This document shows positions 19,177-28,615 of a DNA stretch of 64,000 nucleotides, piece by piece. A model generated the notes under the pieces. The model did no database searches and was not told where the DNA came from. It saw nothing but the letters and a program-made list of their open reading frames with translations. The DNA is from an uncultured bacterium. Lineage in GTDB: Bacteria; Patescibacteriota; Minisyncoccia; Phycocordibacterales; UBA11359. The position numbers and the translations under genes were made by a program. The stretch lies in assembly GCA_903831815.1 (NCBI GenBank), contig CAIKZC010000001.1, positions 20,188-84,187 of the forward strand, written 5' to 3'. Position 1 is the stretch's first letter; each line of letters starts with the position of its first letter.

Positions 19177-20079
19177 TTATATTTGCTCAGGGATTGTGCT
19201 TGTCGCTTCTGCACAAGTATTGAATGTAGCCACTTGTTTATTGTATGAGGAAATTTTAGCTTTGAGATTGTTAACAAGCGTATTAAATTGCTTAACAGCA
19301 GAGTTGTACTGACCGACTTGGGCATTGTAATCCACGCCAAATTTTATCGTGGCGGAATCAATGGCCGTTTTTTGAGTAGCAAGAGATGATTCAAGATTAT
19401 TGACTTGTGTTTTTATTTTATTGATCGTGACTTTATCGGTCACAGAAGGTTGGGGACATGCTGTTATCGGTAAACCAAATTCCTGTACGGCAATCCATGT
19501 CGTTTTACCTTCAAACACACCCTGACCGACGGCAATTCCGATCTCACGATATCGAGGATTTAAAATATTGGCGCGATGTCCCGGACTTGCCATCCAAGCG
19601 TCGATCAAAGCTTGATCTCCATTGAAACTACCAAGCGCCAAATTTTCGCCTATAACGATATAATCATAGCCATTTTCTTTGGCCAAGTCGCTTGGTCCAA
19701 TGCCGGTTGGAGAAACGTGCTCAAAATATTGTTTGGAGAAAAGATCGTCGAGTTTCTGCTTAGCTATCACCGAAAGAGTGTCGTTCAAAGTCAGATCTTT
19801 AACACCTGCTTCATCACGGTTCTTATTGGTCAAAGCCAAAACGCCAACGTCGGTCAAAGGCTCGTGTAATTGACCAAAAACTCCACGCAGTGGCGGAGGG
19901 GTCAAAGAATCCGAATGAATCGTTTGTACGAAAAAATTGTTTGTCGCAGTTTCGAAACTTTTAATTTTTGAAGAAAAATCGAACTGTTGAATAAAAACCA
20001 ACGTCAACACAAACAAGACCGAAATCCCTGTAACGGTCCAAATGAAAGCTCGATGTGATTTTGGTTGGATCGGTTCCAT
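19177..20079 (-). CDS. CAP/SCP domain protein with N-terminal TM helix and C-terminal coiled coil
   Basis: TNKNR, YFEH, GENLA, WMASPGHRANIL. Confidence 0.9.
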   Translation of the reverse strand: MEPIQPKSHRAFIWTVTGISVLFVLTLVFIQQFDFSSKIKSFETATNNFFVQTIHSDSLTPPPLRGVFGQLHEPLTDVGVLALTNKNRDEAGVKDLTLNDTLSVIAKQKLDDLFSKQYFEHVSPTGIGPSDLAKENGYDYIVIGENLALGSFNGDQALIDAWMASPGHRANILNPRYREIGIAVGQGVFEGKTTWIAVQEFGLPITACPQPSVTDKVTINKIKTQVNNLESSLATQKTAIDSATIKFGVDYNAQVGQYNSAVKQFNTLVNNLKAKISSYNKQVATFNTCAEATSTIPEQI

Positions 20080-20081
20080 AA

Positions 20082-20858
20082 TTATTTTCCAAATTTTTTA
20101 ATTTCCACAAAAAGGAAAAGAGGTATTTCGCTGCGCATTCGATCTTCTTCTTTTTGACGTGGTCCGACTTGACTGCGCTTGTGAGAGATCCATTCTTCGA
20201 GACGAGTTATTACAAAACCAGTAGCCGAAAATAGTTTTGAATAATATTGTAGAGGTCGATGAAAAGAAACGGTAATCTGCTCAACATTCTGCCCTTTCGA
20301 TGAACCGGGCTTCATATCGATTTCCTCTTTTGATTCTCGTAAATATCCGTCAATACGTCTATATTGTTGACTTGTGACCTCATCAAATCCCCACGCTGAA
20401 CGCTTTGGTATCCTAAAAGCCGGGTGGTTCATTACTATATACACCGAACCGCTTGGTTTTAATACACGATTGACTTCCATAAGCATCGCCTTGACTTCAG
20501 CGATGTTTTGGATCGCCAAAACTATCGTTACCTTATCAAAATAATTAGAAGCGAAAGCAGAAAGATCATCAGCCGAAGAAATTCGAAAATCAATTTCCGG
20601 ATTATTTTTCTTGGCGATTGAAATGAGTTGCTTGCCAATATCAACGCCGATGACATTTTTTACTCCGACAATCTTACCAAAAAGTCCACTAAAAAAACCT
20701 GTGCCGCAAGCCAGATCTAAAACTTTTTCCCCGGGCCGGAGATCCATGAGACGAGTCAGATTTGGAGCAATAACTTGAGTTTGATAACTATCATTATCAC
20801 CTACCGCTGCCTCGTACCAAGTCGCAACGGCACCCCATGATGTATCTTTTTTCTTCAT
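20082..20858 (-). CDS. Class I SAM-dependent methyltransferase
   Basis: VLDLACGTG, GVDI, RVLKPSG. Confidence 0.9.
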   Translation of the reverse strand: MKKKDTSWGAVATWYEAAVGDNDSYQTQVIAPNLTRLMDLRPGEKVLDLACGTGFFSGLFGKIVGVKNVIGVDIGKQLISIAKKNNPEIDFRISSADDLSAFASNYFDKVTIVLAIQNIAEVKAMLMEVNRVLKPSGSVYIVMNHPAFRIPKRSAWGFDEVTSQQYRRIDGYLRESKEEIDMKPGSSKGQNVEQITVSFHRPLQYYSKLFSATGFVITRLEEWISHKRSQVGPRQKEEDRMRSEIPLFLFVEIKKFGK

Positions 20859-20861
20859 GGA

Positions 20862-21134
20862 TTATTTTTTACCTTTCTGATGAAAATGAAATAGTTGTTT
20901 AAAATATTTAAAAATGGATTTTACTACGGCCCCCTCGGTGTGGATCAAAGTATGCAGATCTCGTAAGTCACCGGACAAAGAATCGCTACCCTCTCGAATC
21001 TTACTGGAAATATGCCGTAGGTCTTTCATGATATGAGCAACATGCCAAAGAATATATGCGACTATACCCGAAATAATGAACATCCAAATAGTTGCGAGAA
21101 AGAAGAAAACATCGGCGTGTATTAAGGTTGTCAT
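20862..21134 (-). CDS. Small membrane protein, hypothetical
   Basis: MTTLIHADVFFF TM helix followed by a coiled coil; start placed just after a TATATT -10. Confidence 0.65.
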   Translation of the reverse strand: MTTLIHADVFFFLATIWMFIISGIVAYILWHVAHIMKDLRHISSKIREGSDSLSGDLRDLHTLIHTEGAVVKSIFKYFKQLFHFHQKGKK

Positions 21135-21190
21135 ACGCTCTAATATAGCATATTTCAAGTTTTTTTGAAAACAAATGGGCATTTTTACCC

Positions 21191-21223
21191 TGTGGACAAG
21201 TCTGTGGATAAGTCTGTGTACAA
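21191..21223. promoter_or_regulatory. Three tandem DnaA-box-like 9-mers at 12-bp period in a divergent promoter region
   Basis: TGTGGACAA, TGTGGATAA (perfect match) and TGTGTACAA, separated by GTC. Confidence 0.6.
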
Positions 21224-21286
21224 ATTTACCACCCCAAAAATGAAACAACCTATACTAATCACCATTATTCATTAATAATAAAAAGT

Positions 21287-21958
21287 ATGCGCCTACTGAT
21301 CGTAGAAAATGACGAGAGTTTGACGGAGCAATTAAAAAAGAAACTTGAGTCGCAATCTTTTGCTGTAGATATTGCCAACAACGGAGATGACGGATCCTAT
21401 ATGGCTAGAGTTAATGATTATGATCTCATCATCTTGAGCGACATTTTACCAAAAAAGATGGGTAAGGAAGTTTGTAAAGACATAAGAGACGCCAACAAAA
21501 CCACTCCAATTATTGTCATATCCGAAACAACGAATATTCAAGAAAAAATTTCTTTTCTACATGAAGGAGCGGATGATCATATCATCAAACCATTTTCCTT
21601 CGATGAAATTCTGGCTCGAATTCAAATAATCCTGCGAAGGCCTCGAATATTGCACAAACCGGTACTGGATATCGACGTCGTTAAATTGGATAGCTACAGC
21701 CAACTGGTGACTCGCAACGAAAAGAGAATTTATCTGACACGAAAGGAGTTCGCATTGCTTGAATATTTGATGCGAAATAAGGGCGCAGTCGTTTCGCGCA
21801 GCATGATCATGGAACATGTTTGGGATGAAGAGACCGATCCGTTTTCCAACACTGTGGAATCGCATATTTTAAATCTACGCAAGAAAATAGACTCGAAACG
21901 CAGGCGTCTAATACACAACGTTCCGGGTCGTGGTTACAAAATTGATGTCTTAAAATAG
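21287..21958 (+). CDS. OmpR/PhoB-family response regulator with an atypical receiver domain
   Basis: Receiver plus wHTH (LTRKEFALLEYL, HILNLRKKI, GRGY); no adjacent kinase. Confidence 0.9.
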   Translation: MRLLIVENDESLTEQLKKKLESQSFAVDIANNGDDGSYMARVNDYDLIILSDILPKKMGKEVCKDIRDANKTTPIIVISETTNIQEKISFLHEGADDHIIKPFSFDEILARIQIILRRPRILHKPVLDIDVVKLDSYSQLVTRNEKRIYLTRKEFALLEYLMRNKGAVVSRSMIMEHVWDEETDPFSNTVESHILNLRKKIDSKRRRLIHNVPGRGYKIDVLK

Positions 21959-21962
21959 TAAA

Positions 21963-23255
21963 TTACGACTTTAAACTCTCTAAAATTTTCGTAAGACTTG
22001 CGGTGGCGACAGCTGTAACCGTATCTCCTGCCCCGTAATATATAAAAAGCTCATCCCCTTCGACAATGGCTCCACAAGGAAAAACCACTTCATTTACTTG
22101 ACCGTTTTTTTCGTAGGTCATTTTGGGTTCAAAAAGAAAACCTTTTGAACGTGCGATTACTTTATGAGGGTCTTTGAGATCAAGCAATACGGCTCCAATT
22201 CTATAAGTTATAGAATTATCGATACCATGGTATATGATGAGCCATCCATTTTTAGTTTTTATCGGTGAACATGAAAGACCTATTTTTCTACAGTCCCACA
22301 TTCCGACTCGTGGACCAAAGATCGGGGTCATTGTCGTAACCTCAGCATTGTCCCCAAGCGAAGAAATAGGATCCAAACAAACTGCATAATGCGTACGATG
22401 GATCAAATAATATTTCCCGTTTATCGTTTCCGGAAACAAACACGCATCTTTATCATTGATTTTTGGCGGAGTTACAATGACCGGTTTAGACCAGTTATTT
22501 TTTTTATTTATAAAATCTTTGACCGAAATATGAGTCAAAGCCACGCGCGGACAACCATCTCCGCAGTAAGCCGTGTAAACCATATATATCCTTTCACCGA
22601 TCTTTGTTAAACGCGGATCTTCGCAACCGGAATTCCCCGCTTTTGATTTCATCTCAAAATGAGCACGCGGAATATAAGCAGGTTCTTCCATTCTCTCTAA
22701 AATCGTAAAACCGTCTTTTGTGGTCGCGTGTCCGATAACAGAAGTATTATCCGAATTCATGGCTCGGTACAACAAATGCGTCACACCATCGATACGAATC
22801 GCCCCGGGATTAAAAACCGCCTTATTTTGCCAAGAAGAATTTTCAATTGGAGACAAGATCGGATTTCCTTCATACCTTTTAAATATTTCCCCCGTCTCAT
22901 TTTGCTTTTTTGAAATTCGCCCATAATGATCTTCCAAACGCACCACATCGTTTTCATCGAAGCGACCGAGCGCTATTTCCAAAAAAACCACATTATTCGT
23001 CGTGGCTTTAATGCGATGCTTAACTCTTTTGTCGATAAAAAATTCGTTGCCAGGATTTGCCGGAAATTCTTTTTCTCCGATCGTCACTACGGGATTACCT
23101 TGTATTATTTGCCAAAACTCTTGGCGATTCTCATGATATTGCAAACTCAAAGACTCACCGCTATTGACCGTGATCAATTTTACGGTTGAAGGAACTTCTT
23201 TTGTAAATCTCTCAAAAGAACCCCACGGACGCTTTTCTTTATAAACGTGGATCAT
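21963..23255 (-). CDS. Fusion of a mannose-6-phosphate-isomerase-type cupin and a GH130-like (DUF377) glycoside phosphorylase/hydrolase
   Basis: N-terminal KRPWGSF...SLSLQYHENR.EFW...ENDVVRLEDHYGR; C-terminal GNPILSP, VFNPGA, GCEDPR, NDKD, VVFPCG, YYGAGD. Confidence 0.85.
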   Translation of the reverse strand: MIHVYKEKRPWGSFERFTKEVPSTVKLITVNSGESLSLQYHENRQEFWQIIQGNPVVTIGEKEFPANPGNEFFIDKRVKHRIKATTNNVVFLEIALGRFDENDVVRLEDHYGRISKKQNETGEIFKRYEGNPILSPIENSSWQNKAVFNPGAIRIDGVTHLLYRAMNSDNTSVIGHATTKDGFTILERMEEPAYIPRAHFEMKSKAGNSGCEDPRLTKIGERIYMVYTAYCGDGCPRVALTHISVKDFINKKNNWSKPVIVTPPKINDKDACLFPETINGKYYLIHRTHYAVCLDPISSLGDNAEVTTMTPIFGPRVGMWDCRKIGLSCSPIKTKNGWLIIYHGIDNSITYRIGAVLLDLKDPHKVIARSKGFLFEPKMTYEKNGQVNEVVFPCGAIVEGDELFIYYGAGDTVTAVATASLTKILESLKS

Positions 23256-23288
23256 ATGATATACCGATATTATATCGCCAATTTTTAT

Positions 23289-24512
23289 TTATTCATAGCG
23301 CAAGGCTTGGATCGGATTGAGATTTGAAGCGCGAGCGGCCGGATAATATCCGAAAATTATTCCGATTGCAGCCGAAACTCCGAAAGAAAGCACTATTGAA
23401 AAGATAGAAATTTGAGCTTGAACAAGTCCAGTAAATGAAATCGCATAAGCCAATCCGATACCGAGTAAAACTCCGAGTAAACCTCCAACGAAAGTCAACA
23501 TCACTGATTCGACTAAAAACTGTAAACGAATATCTTTTTTCTTGGCACCAATTGCTTTACGCAAACCGATCTCTCGTGTTCTTTCGGTTACCGTCGTCAA
23601 CATCATATTCATGATGCCAATACCTCCAACAAGTAATGAAATTCCGGCAATCGAAGCAAGTAAATATGTGAGTGTTGTGGTAACCGAACTGGCCGTAGCC
23701 AAAATATCCGCCTGATTTAAAATTGTAAAATCTGCAGCCGTAGGATCAGAAATATTATGCAACTGCAAAAGCAAAGCCGTGACCTGATTTTGTGTTGCTT
23801 GAATATCAGAAGTGTTGTCAACCTGAATACTGATCGTCGACACGTGATTGTCTCCAACCAAATATTGTCCCGCTACGGAGATTGGAATATACACTCTGTC
23901 GTCAGTGTTATTAAATCCAGAACCGCCCTTGGGTGCTGTGACACCGATAACGGTAAATAGCACGCCTTTTATTCTGATAGTCTTTCCGATCGAATCACCA
24001 TTCACACCAAACAAATTGTCACGTGTTGTAGGACCTAGTACTGCTACTCGCGCCAAAGATTGCGCTTGAATGTCATCAAAAAACGATCCTTCTCCAACCG
24101 CAAGATTACGAACATTTAGATAAGAAGGGACTGTCCCTATCACCGACGTGTTGGTGTTGGTGCCGGAAGCGGTCACCTGCTGTCGTGTAGTAATATCCGG
24201 CGCGACGGCTTGAGCAGTCGATACTTGCGCCGCTATGGCATCGGCGTCAGTTTTTTTAAGGGTTAAGGAAGATCCGAAACCGCCGCTAACTGTGCTTCCC
24301 GGCGTGCGTTGTGCGCCCGGAGTAACCAAAAGTAGATTAGAGCCGATCGACTGAATGCTGGCTTGAATGGAATTAGTCGCGCCTTGCCCAACGCCGAGCA
24401 TTGTGATGACCGAACCGATACCAATAATTATTCCGAGAATGGTGAGGCCGGATCGGACTTTATTTCCGAGGAGTGCCGTTGATGTTTCGTGAAGGAGGTC
24501 TTTGATGGTCAT
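23289..24512 (-). CDS. MacB-like ABC transporter permease
   Basis: RSGLTILGIIIG, GGIGIMNMM..VTERTREIGLRKAIGA, PIQALRYE. Confidence 0.93.
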   Translation of the reverse strand: MTIKDLLHETSTALLGNKVRSGLTILGIIIGIGSVITMLGVGQGATNSIQASIQSIGSNLLLVTPGAQRTPGSTVSGGFGSSLTLKKTDADAIAAQVSTAQAVAPDITTRQQVTASGTNTNTSVIGTVPSYLNVRNLAVGEGSFFDDIQAQSLARVAVLGPTTRDNLFGVNGDSIGKTIRIKGVLFTVIGVTAPKGGSGFNNTDDRVYIPISVAGQYLVGDNHVSTISIQVDNTSDIQATQNQVTALLLQLHNISDPTAADFTILNQADILATASSVTTTLTYLLASIAGISLLVGGIGIMNMMLTTVTERTREIGLRKAIGAKKKDIRLQFLVESVMLTFVGGLLGVLLGIGLAYAISFTGLVQAQISIFSIVLSFGVSAAIGIIFGYYPAARASNLNPIQALRYE

Positions 24513-25231
24513 AAAGTTGTGGGATGAACATAATCGGCATGACGCTTATGCAAATTTTTTTTATCACTTAAAATTTCGCCGTCTTTGATATGAATAATTC
24601 TATCGGCATGTTCCGCAACATCAAGTTCGTGTGTGATTAAAACAATCGTGCGACCTTCTTTTTCATGTAAATGTTGGAATGTGCCCAACACAATTTCGCC
24701 CGTTTTTGAATCCAAGTTTCCTGTCGGTTCGTCAGCCATTATCAGAGTCGGATTATTAACGAGCGCTCGAGCAATAGCCACACGTTGTACTTGTCCTCCT
24801 GATAGTTGATTGGATAAATGTTGCCATCGACTTTTTTCTAAACCAACCGATATTAGAGCTTCCGATGCCTGTTTTTCTCTATCTTCCGGTGAAGTGCCTT
24901 TATATACCAAAGGTAAAATAACATTTCGCATCACAGTAGACCTCGAAAGCAAGTTAAACGATTGAAAAACGAAACCGATCTTCCGTCCGCGAATATCCGC
25001 CAATTCATCATCGGAAAGTTTTGACACATCTTCGTCATCCAAAAAATAAGTTCCGTGCGTTGGTGTATCCAGCGCACCTAAAATATGCATCAGCGTTGAT
25101 TTACCGGAACCAGACGGACCCATGATAGCGACAAATTCGCCGTCTTTAATCGTGAAAGAAATGCCTTTCAACGCTTCGGTTTTCATTTCACCGTTTATGT
25201 AGACTTTTTTTATGTTATTACATTCGATCAT
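24509..25231 (-). CDS. ABC transporter ATP-binding protein (LolD/MacB type)
   Basis: [22 protein letters not shown]. Confidence 0.95.
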   Translation of the reverse strand: MIECNNIKKVYINGEMKTEALKGISFTIKDGEFVAIMGPSGSGKSTLMHILGALDTPTHGTYFLDDEDVSKLSDDELADIRGRKIGFVFQSFNLLSRSTVMRNVILPLVYKGTSPEDREKQASEALISVGLEKSRWQHLSNQLSGGQVQRVAIARALVNNPTLIMADEPTGNLDSKTGEIVLGTFQHLHEKEGRTIVLITHELDVAEHADRIIHIKDGEILSDKKNLHKRHADYVHPTTL

Positions 25232-25237
25232 AGGATT

Positions 25238-27061
25238 TTATCCGCCGATTCTGCCACCACCTCCGCCGCCGGTTCTAACACCTCCTCCGCCAATATTAAA
25301 TAAAGAACCGGATCGGGTTGTGTTTGTTGAAGCGCTTGTAGCGCTACCGGTAATAGTTCTAACTACAATCGTATCGCCTTCATTAAGACCGGAAATAATT
25401 TCCGTGTTCGTTTCGTTTGAAATACCGACCTCAACAAATACGGGATGAACTTCAGCTGTTGTGGCTTGAGTTCCGGTATTTGTTCCGTTCTGACCGAACA
25501 TTCTTGCTCCATTTAACCTCCCTCTAGTAGATGATGCCGTCGACGTGCTTGTTGAAGATGTGAATGAAGTTGTTGTTGTCGCTCCGGCAGGCGCATTATT
25601 TGGCACCAAAACGACACTTCGATTTCCGACTTTTGTTATTGCCGTTGTCGGCACCATCAAAACATTTGGATGCGTTTGAGTTGTAATATTTACAGTGGAG
25701 GTCATGCCGGTTTTAAGCTGATTGTTTTGATCAACGATCCCGATCTGAACCGCGTAATTAACGACTCCTTGAGTAACGGTGCCTAGTGGATCCAAATAGC
25801 TTACCGTTCCTTGTAACGTAACATTAGGCAAAGCATCAAACGTTAAAGTCACAGGATCACCAGCCGCAACCTTGGCGGCATCAACTTCATTAAGAGAAAC
25901 ATTAACAACTTTTTGAGAAGTGATAATCGTGCCGAGAACATCTGATGAAGAAACCTGCTGACCGATCTGTGCAGTCAAACCTCCGATCTGTCCGTCAAAC
26001 GGTGCGGTAATAATTCTGCTGGCATAAGTTTGTTGCGCCGTCGCTAGATTGGCTTTGGCATTATCGAGTTGCGCTTGAGCGACCGCTACATCAGCCGGCA
26101 AGGATGTGACCGATTGATTTAAGGAAAGCGACGTACTCTTATATGACTGTAACGCACTCGTTATATCGTTAACTGCCGAATTGGCGGTTGTGCGCGCGAC
26201 TGAAGCTGTGTTTTTGTCCGCAGTTATATTGGAATCTCCGGTTGTAGAAACGCTCTTAGCTTCGTTAGTCAAAAGCATTGTCATGTCATCAAAATAATTT
26301 CTCACCGCAGTAAATTTCGTTATGGCATCATTGGCCAAGGCCACAGGATCTGAACTCGTCAAAATATTCTGACCGATATTTTTTAAAAAATCGAGAGTCG
26401 TGGCTATCCGCGTTCTTTCATCGCTAAGTTGGATCACTGGTGCAGTATCTTTAAAATACACGTCACTTATCGTGATCGTCGGATTGGTGGTTGGATCGGT
26501 GAAAAATGAATCGGTATTAATGTATACGGCGCTGGAAACACTTAGATAATCTGTCTGCAATTTAGTCGAAAGGTTTTGCAATGAATTTTGCAACGAAAGT
26601 TGGGCCGATTGAATTGAAGGATTATTTATCGACGAACCTGTTGCCGAACCGGAAGCACCTGCACCGACCAATTTATCATAATTTGCTTGAGCGCTGGCTA
26701 CGCTTGATCTCGCTTGATTGACAGCTTGAAGAGCGTTTAGACCATCAAGCACCGCGATGACATCGCCGGCTTTAACGGTTTGACCATTTATGACATTTAC
26801 CTTGATAATCTGTCCCAAAGTTTGTGTTTGACCTGTGGTTTTTGGCTTGATTTCTACTTTGCTCAAAGTCGAAACTTGACCCGTTCCGGAAACTGAAACG
26901 ACTAGATCACCTCGTTGAACCTTATTAAAAACATACTGTGTTGGAGTTGAAGAACCTCTAAAAAGAGTAAAAATATAGTATCCGATACCAACTAGAACTA
27001 TCGCGACAACAGTCGAAATTATTTTATGTGCGGCAATATACTTAAATATTTTTTTGGTCAT
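25238..27061 (-). CDS. Efflux periplasmic adaptor (HlyD/MacA family) with a long coiled coil
   Basis: N-terminal TM helix, GQTVKAGDVIA lipoyl half-motif, ITAPFDG, Gly-rich C-terminus. Confidence 0.88.
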   Translation of the reverse strand: MTKKIFKYIAAHKIISTVVAIVLVGIGYYIFTLFRGSSTPTQYVFNKVQRGDLVVSVSGTGQVSTLSKVEIKPKTTGQTQTLGQIIKVNVINGQTVKAGDVIAVLDGLNALQAVNQARSSVASAQANYDKLVGAGASGSATGSSINNPSIQSAQLSLQNSLQNLSTKLQTDYLSVSSAVYINTDSFFTDPTTNPTITISDVYFKDTAPVIQLSDERTRIATTLDFLKNIGQNILTSSDPVALANDAITKFTAVRNYFDDMTMLLTNEAKSVSTTGDSNITADKNTASVARTTANSAVNDITSALQSYKSTSLSLNQSVTSLPADVAVAQAQLDNAKANLATAQQTYASRIITAPFDGQIGGLTAQIGQQVSSSDVLGTIITSQKVVNVSLNEVDAAKVAAGDPVTLTFDALPNVTLQGTVSYLDPLGTVTQGVVNYAVQIGIVDQNNQLKTGMTSTVNITTQTHPNVLMVPTTAITKVGNRSVVLVPNNAPAGATTTTSFTSSTSTSTASSTRGRLNGARMFGQNGTNTGTQATTAEVHPVFVEVGISNETNTEIISGLNEGDTIVVRTITGSATSASTNTTRSGSLFNIGGGGVRTGGGGGGRIGG

Positions 27062-27067
27062 AAGGTA

Positions 27068-27081
27068 CACTATCTTAAGAT
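27068..27081 (-). promoter_or_regulatory. Conserved 14-bp upstream motif ATCTTAAGATAGTG, copy 1
   Basis: Identical to 52274-52287 and 60714-60727; 6 nt before the ATG. Confidence 0.65.
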
Positions 27082-27167
27082 ACATATGTTAATAGGGACA
27101 CTAAATAATGCTTTATCTATGTTTATACAACCACAACACGTTTTTATTACAAAATGTTATTCTTCTA

Positions 27168-28289
27168 TTACCTATTACTTGCACCCACAGCTTCGGAGAT
27201 ATTTTTGAAACCGTCTCTTTGTAAAAATTCCGCAAGACCGCGATTGATCTCACCGATAAGTTGTGGACCTTCAAATATCATGCCGGTGATGATCTGAAGT
27301 AATGACGCGCCAGAAAGAATTTTTTTGTAAGCATCTTCGGCACTAAAAATTCCACCAACTCCCATAATAATAAATTTTTTGCCGGTTTTTTTGTAAATAT
27401 ATTTGATCATTTCATTAGAAAATTCTTCAACCACTTTTCCGCTGAGTCCGCCTTTATCGGTCGGCAATTCGTCAACAATCTTACCTTTACTTGCCATCAG
27501 GTCTCGATCTTTTGTGAGATTAGTACAAATAAAACCGTCTACATCATATTTTTCGGCCAGTATAATAATTTCGTCGATTTGTTTTGTTGAAATATCCGGC
27601 GGCATTTTTAGAAAAATCGGTTTGGTTTTTGGCAGAGCATAAATTTCTTTGAGCAAAAATTCCAAGCGTTCTGAATCAGTAAAAGGCTGACCGCCAAAAG
27701 CATTCGGACAACTAATGTTTATTGTGAAATAATCTCCAATATCTTGAAAAGCTTTGTAAACTTTTAGATAATCGGCAATCCCCGCTTCCGTTTCCACAGT
27801 GTTTTCACTATTTGTTTTGGCAATACTGACACCGATCGGAAAATTAAATTTTTGTCCTTGCAAACGTTTAGAAATTTTTTCGGCGCCGTCATTTTTGAGC
27901 CCGTAATAAACAATGAGAGACTCTGATTTTGGCAATCGCCACAAACGCGGCTTTGGATTTCCTTCACAATACTCACCTGTTATGGAACCGATTTCTTCAA
28001 ATCCAAATCCAACCGAAGGTAAAATTTTAGTCAGTTCGGCATTCTTATCAAATCCCGTCGCCAAACCAATCGGATTTTTGAAATTTATACCAAGGATCGT
28101 TTGCTCCAAAATAGAGTTTTTATAATTAAATAAAAAACCGGTTATTTTTCGCATCAAAGCAAACTTTCCCAACATTTTTCCAAAAGCCAGCATGCGGTCA
28201 TGCACCTTTTCCGGATCCTGTGCAAAGAAAATCGGCTTCAAAATATGCTTGTATTTCCAACGTATAATGTCACTTTTGAAAGATTTCAT
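27168..28289 (-). CDS. pyrD: Quinone-dependent dihydroorotate dehydrogenase (class 2)
   Basis: DPEKVH, NPIGLATGFDKN, GNPKPRLWRL, NISCPN, GGLSG. Confidence 0.93.
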   Translation of the reverse strand: MKSFKSDIIRWKYKHILKPIFFAQDPEKVHDRMLAFGKMLGKFALMRKITGFLFNYKNSILEQTILGINFKNPIGLATGFDKNAELTKILPSVGFGFEEIGSITGEYCEGNPKPRLWRLPKSESLIVYYGLKNDGAEKISKRLQGQKFNFPIGVSIAKTNSENTVETEAGIADYLKVYKAFQDIGDYFTINISCPNAFGGQPFTDSERLEFLLKEIYALPKTKPIFLKMPPDISTKQIDEIIILAEKYDVDGFICTNLTKDRDLMASKGKIVDELPTDKGGLSGKVVEEFSNEMIKYIYKKTGKKFIIMGVGGIFSAEDAYKKILSGASLLQIITGMIFEGPQLIGEINRGLAEFLQRDGFKNISEAVGASNR

Positions 28290-28302
28290 GATTACAGTAT
28301 AT

Positions 28303-28419
28303 AACAAAAAGTAAAAAGACACTCGCAGGGTACCTTGCGCAGCGCGACTGGCGCGAGCGGAGCGGACGGCCAGTAGGCCGGAACGCGTGCATCCCTAGAG
28401 TGTCTTTTTGCTTTTTGTT
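28303..28419. repeat. Long inverted repeat (22-bp arms) enclosing a GC-rich 73-nt loop
   Basis: AACAAAAAGTAAAAAGACACTC ... GAGTGTCTTTTTGCTTTTTGTT, one mismatch. Confidence 0.8.
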
Positions 28420-28435
28420 TCCTACTTTCTAGTAT

Positions 28436-28603
28436 TTATTTTACAACCGCAACCTTCCCGATACATCGCACACACAACGTCTGATTTTCCCGTGTCTTGA
28501 TATATTTATTTCCGCAAACGCACATCAAAATAGCGCTGACACTTGGGCGTTCAACCCATTTGCCGTCTTGCTGATATGTTTTTCGAGTGATTAGTTTTGT
28601 CAT
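28436..28603 (-). CDS. Small putative zinc-binding protein (55 aa), not in the ORF track
   Basis: MTKLITRKTYQQDGKWVERPSVSAILMCVCGNKYIKTRENQTLCVRCIGKVAVVK*, with CxC and CxxC; starts 12 nt after the DEAD helicase stop. Confidence 0.7.
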   Translation of the reverse strand: MTKLITRKTYQQDGKWVERPSVSAILMCVCGNKYIKTRENQTLCVRCIGKVAVVK

Positions 28604-28615
28604 AGATTTAAAAGG

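Noticed and set aside
21191-21223. Chromosomal replication origin
   Set aside because: Only three boxes, no dnaA/dnaN nearby and no evident unwinding element; treated as a regulatory site.
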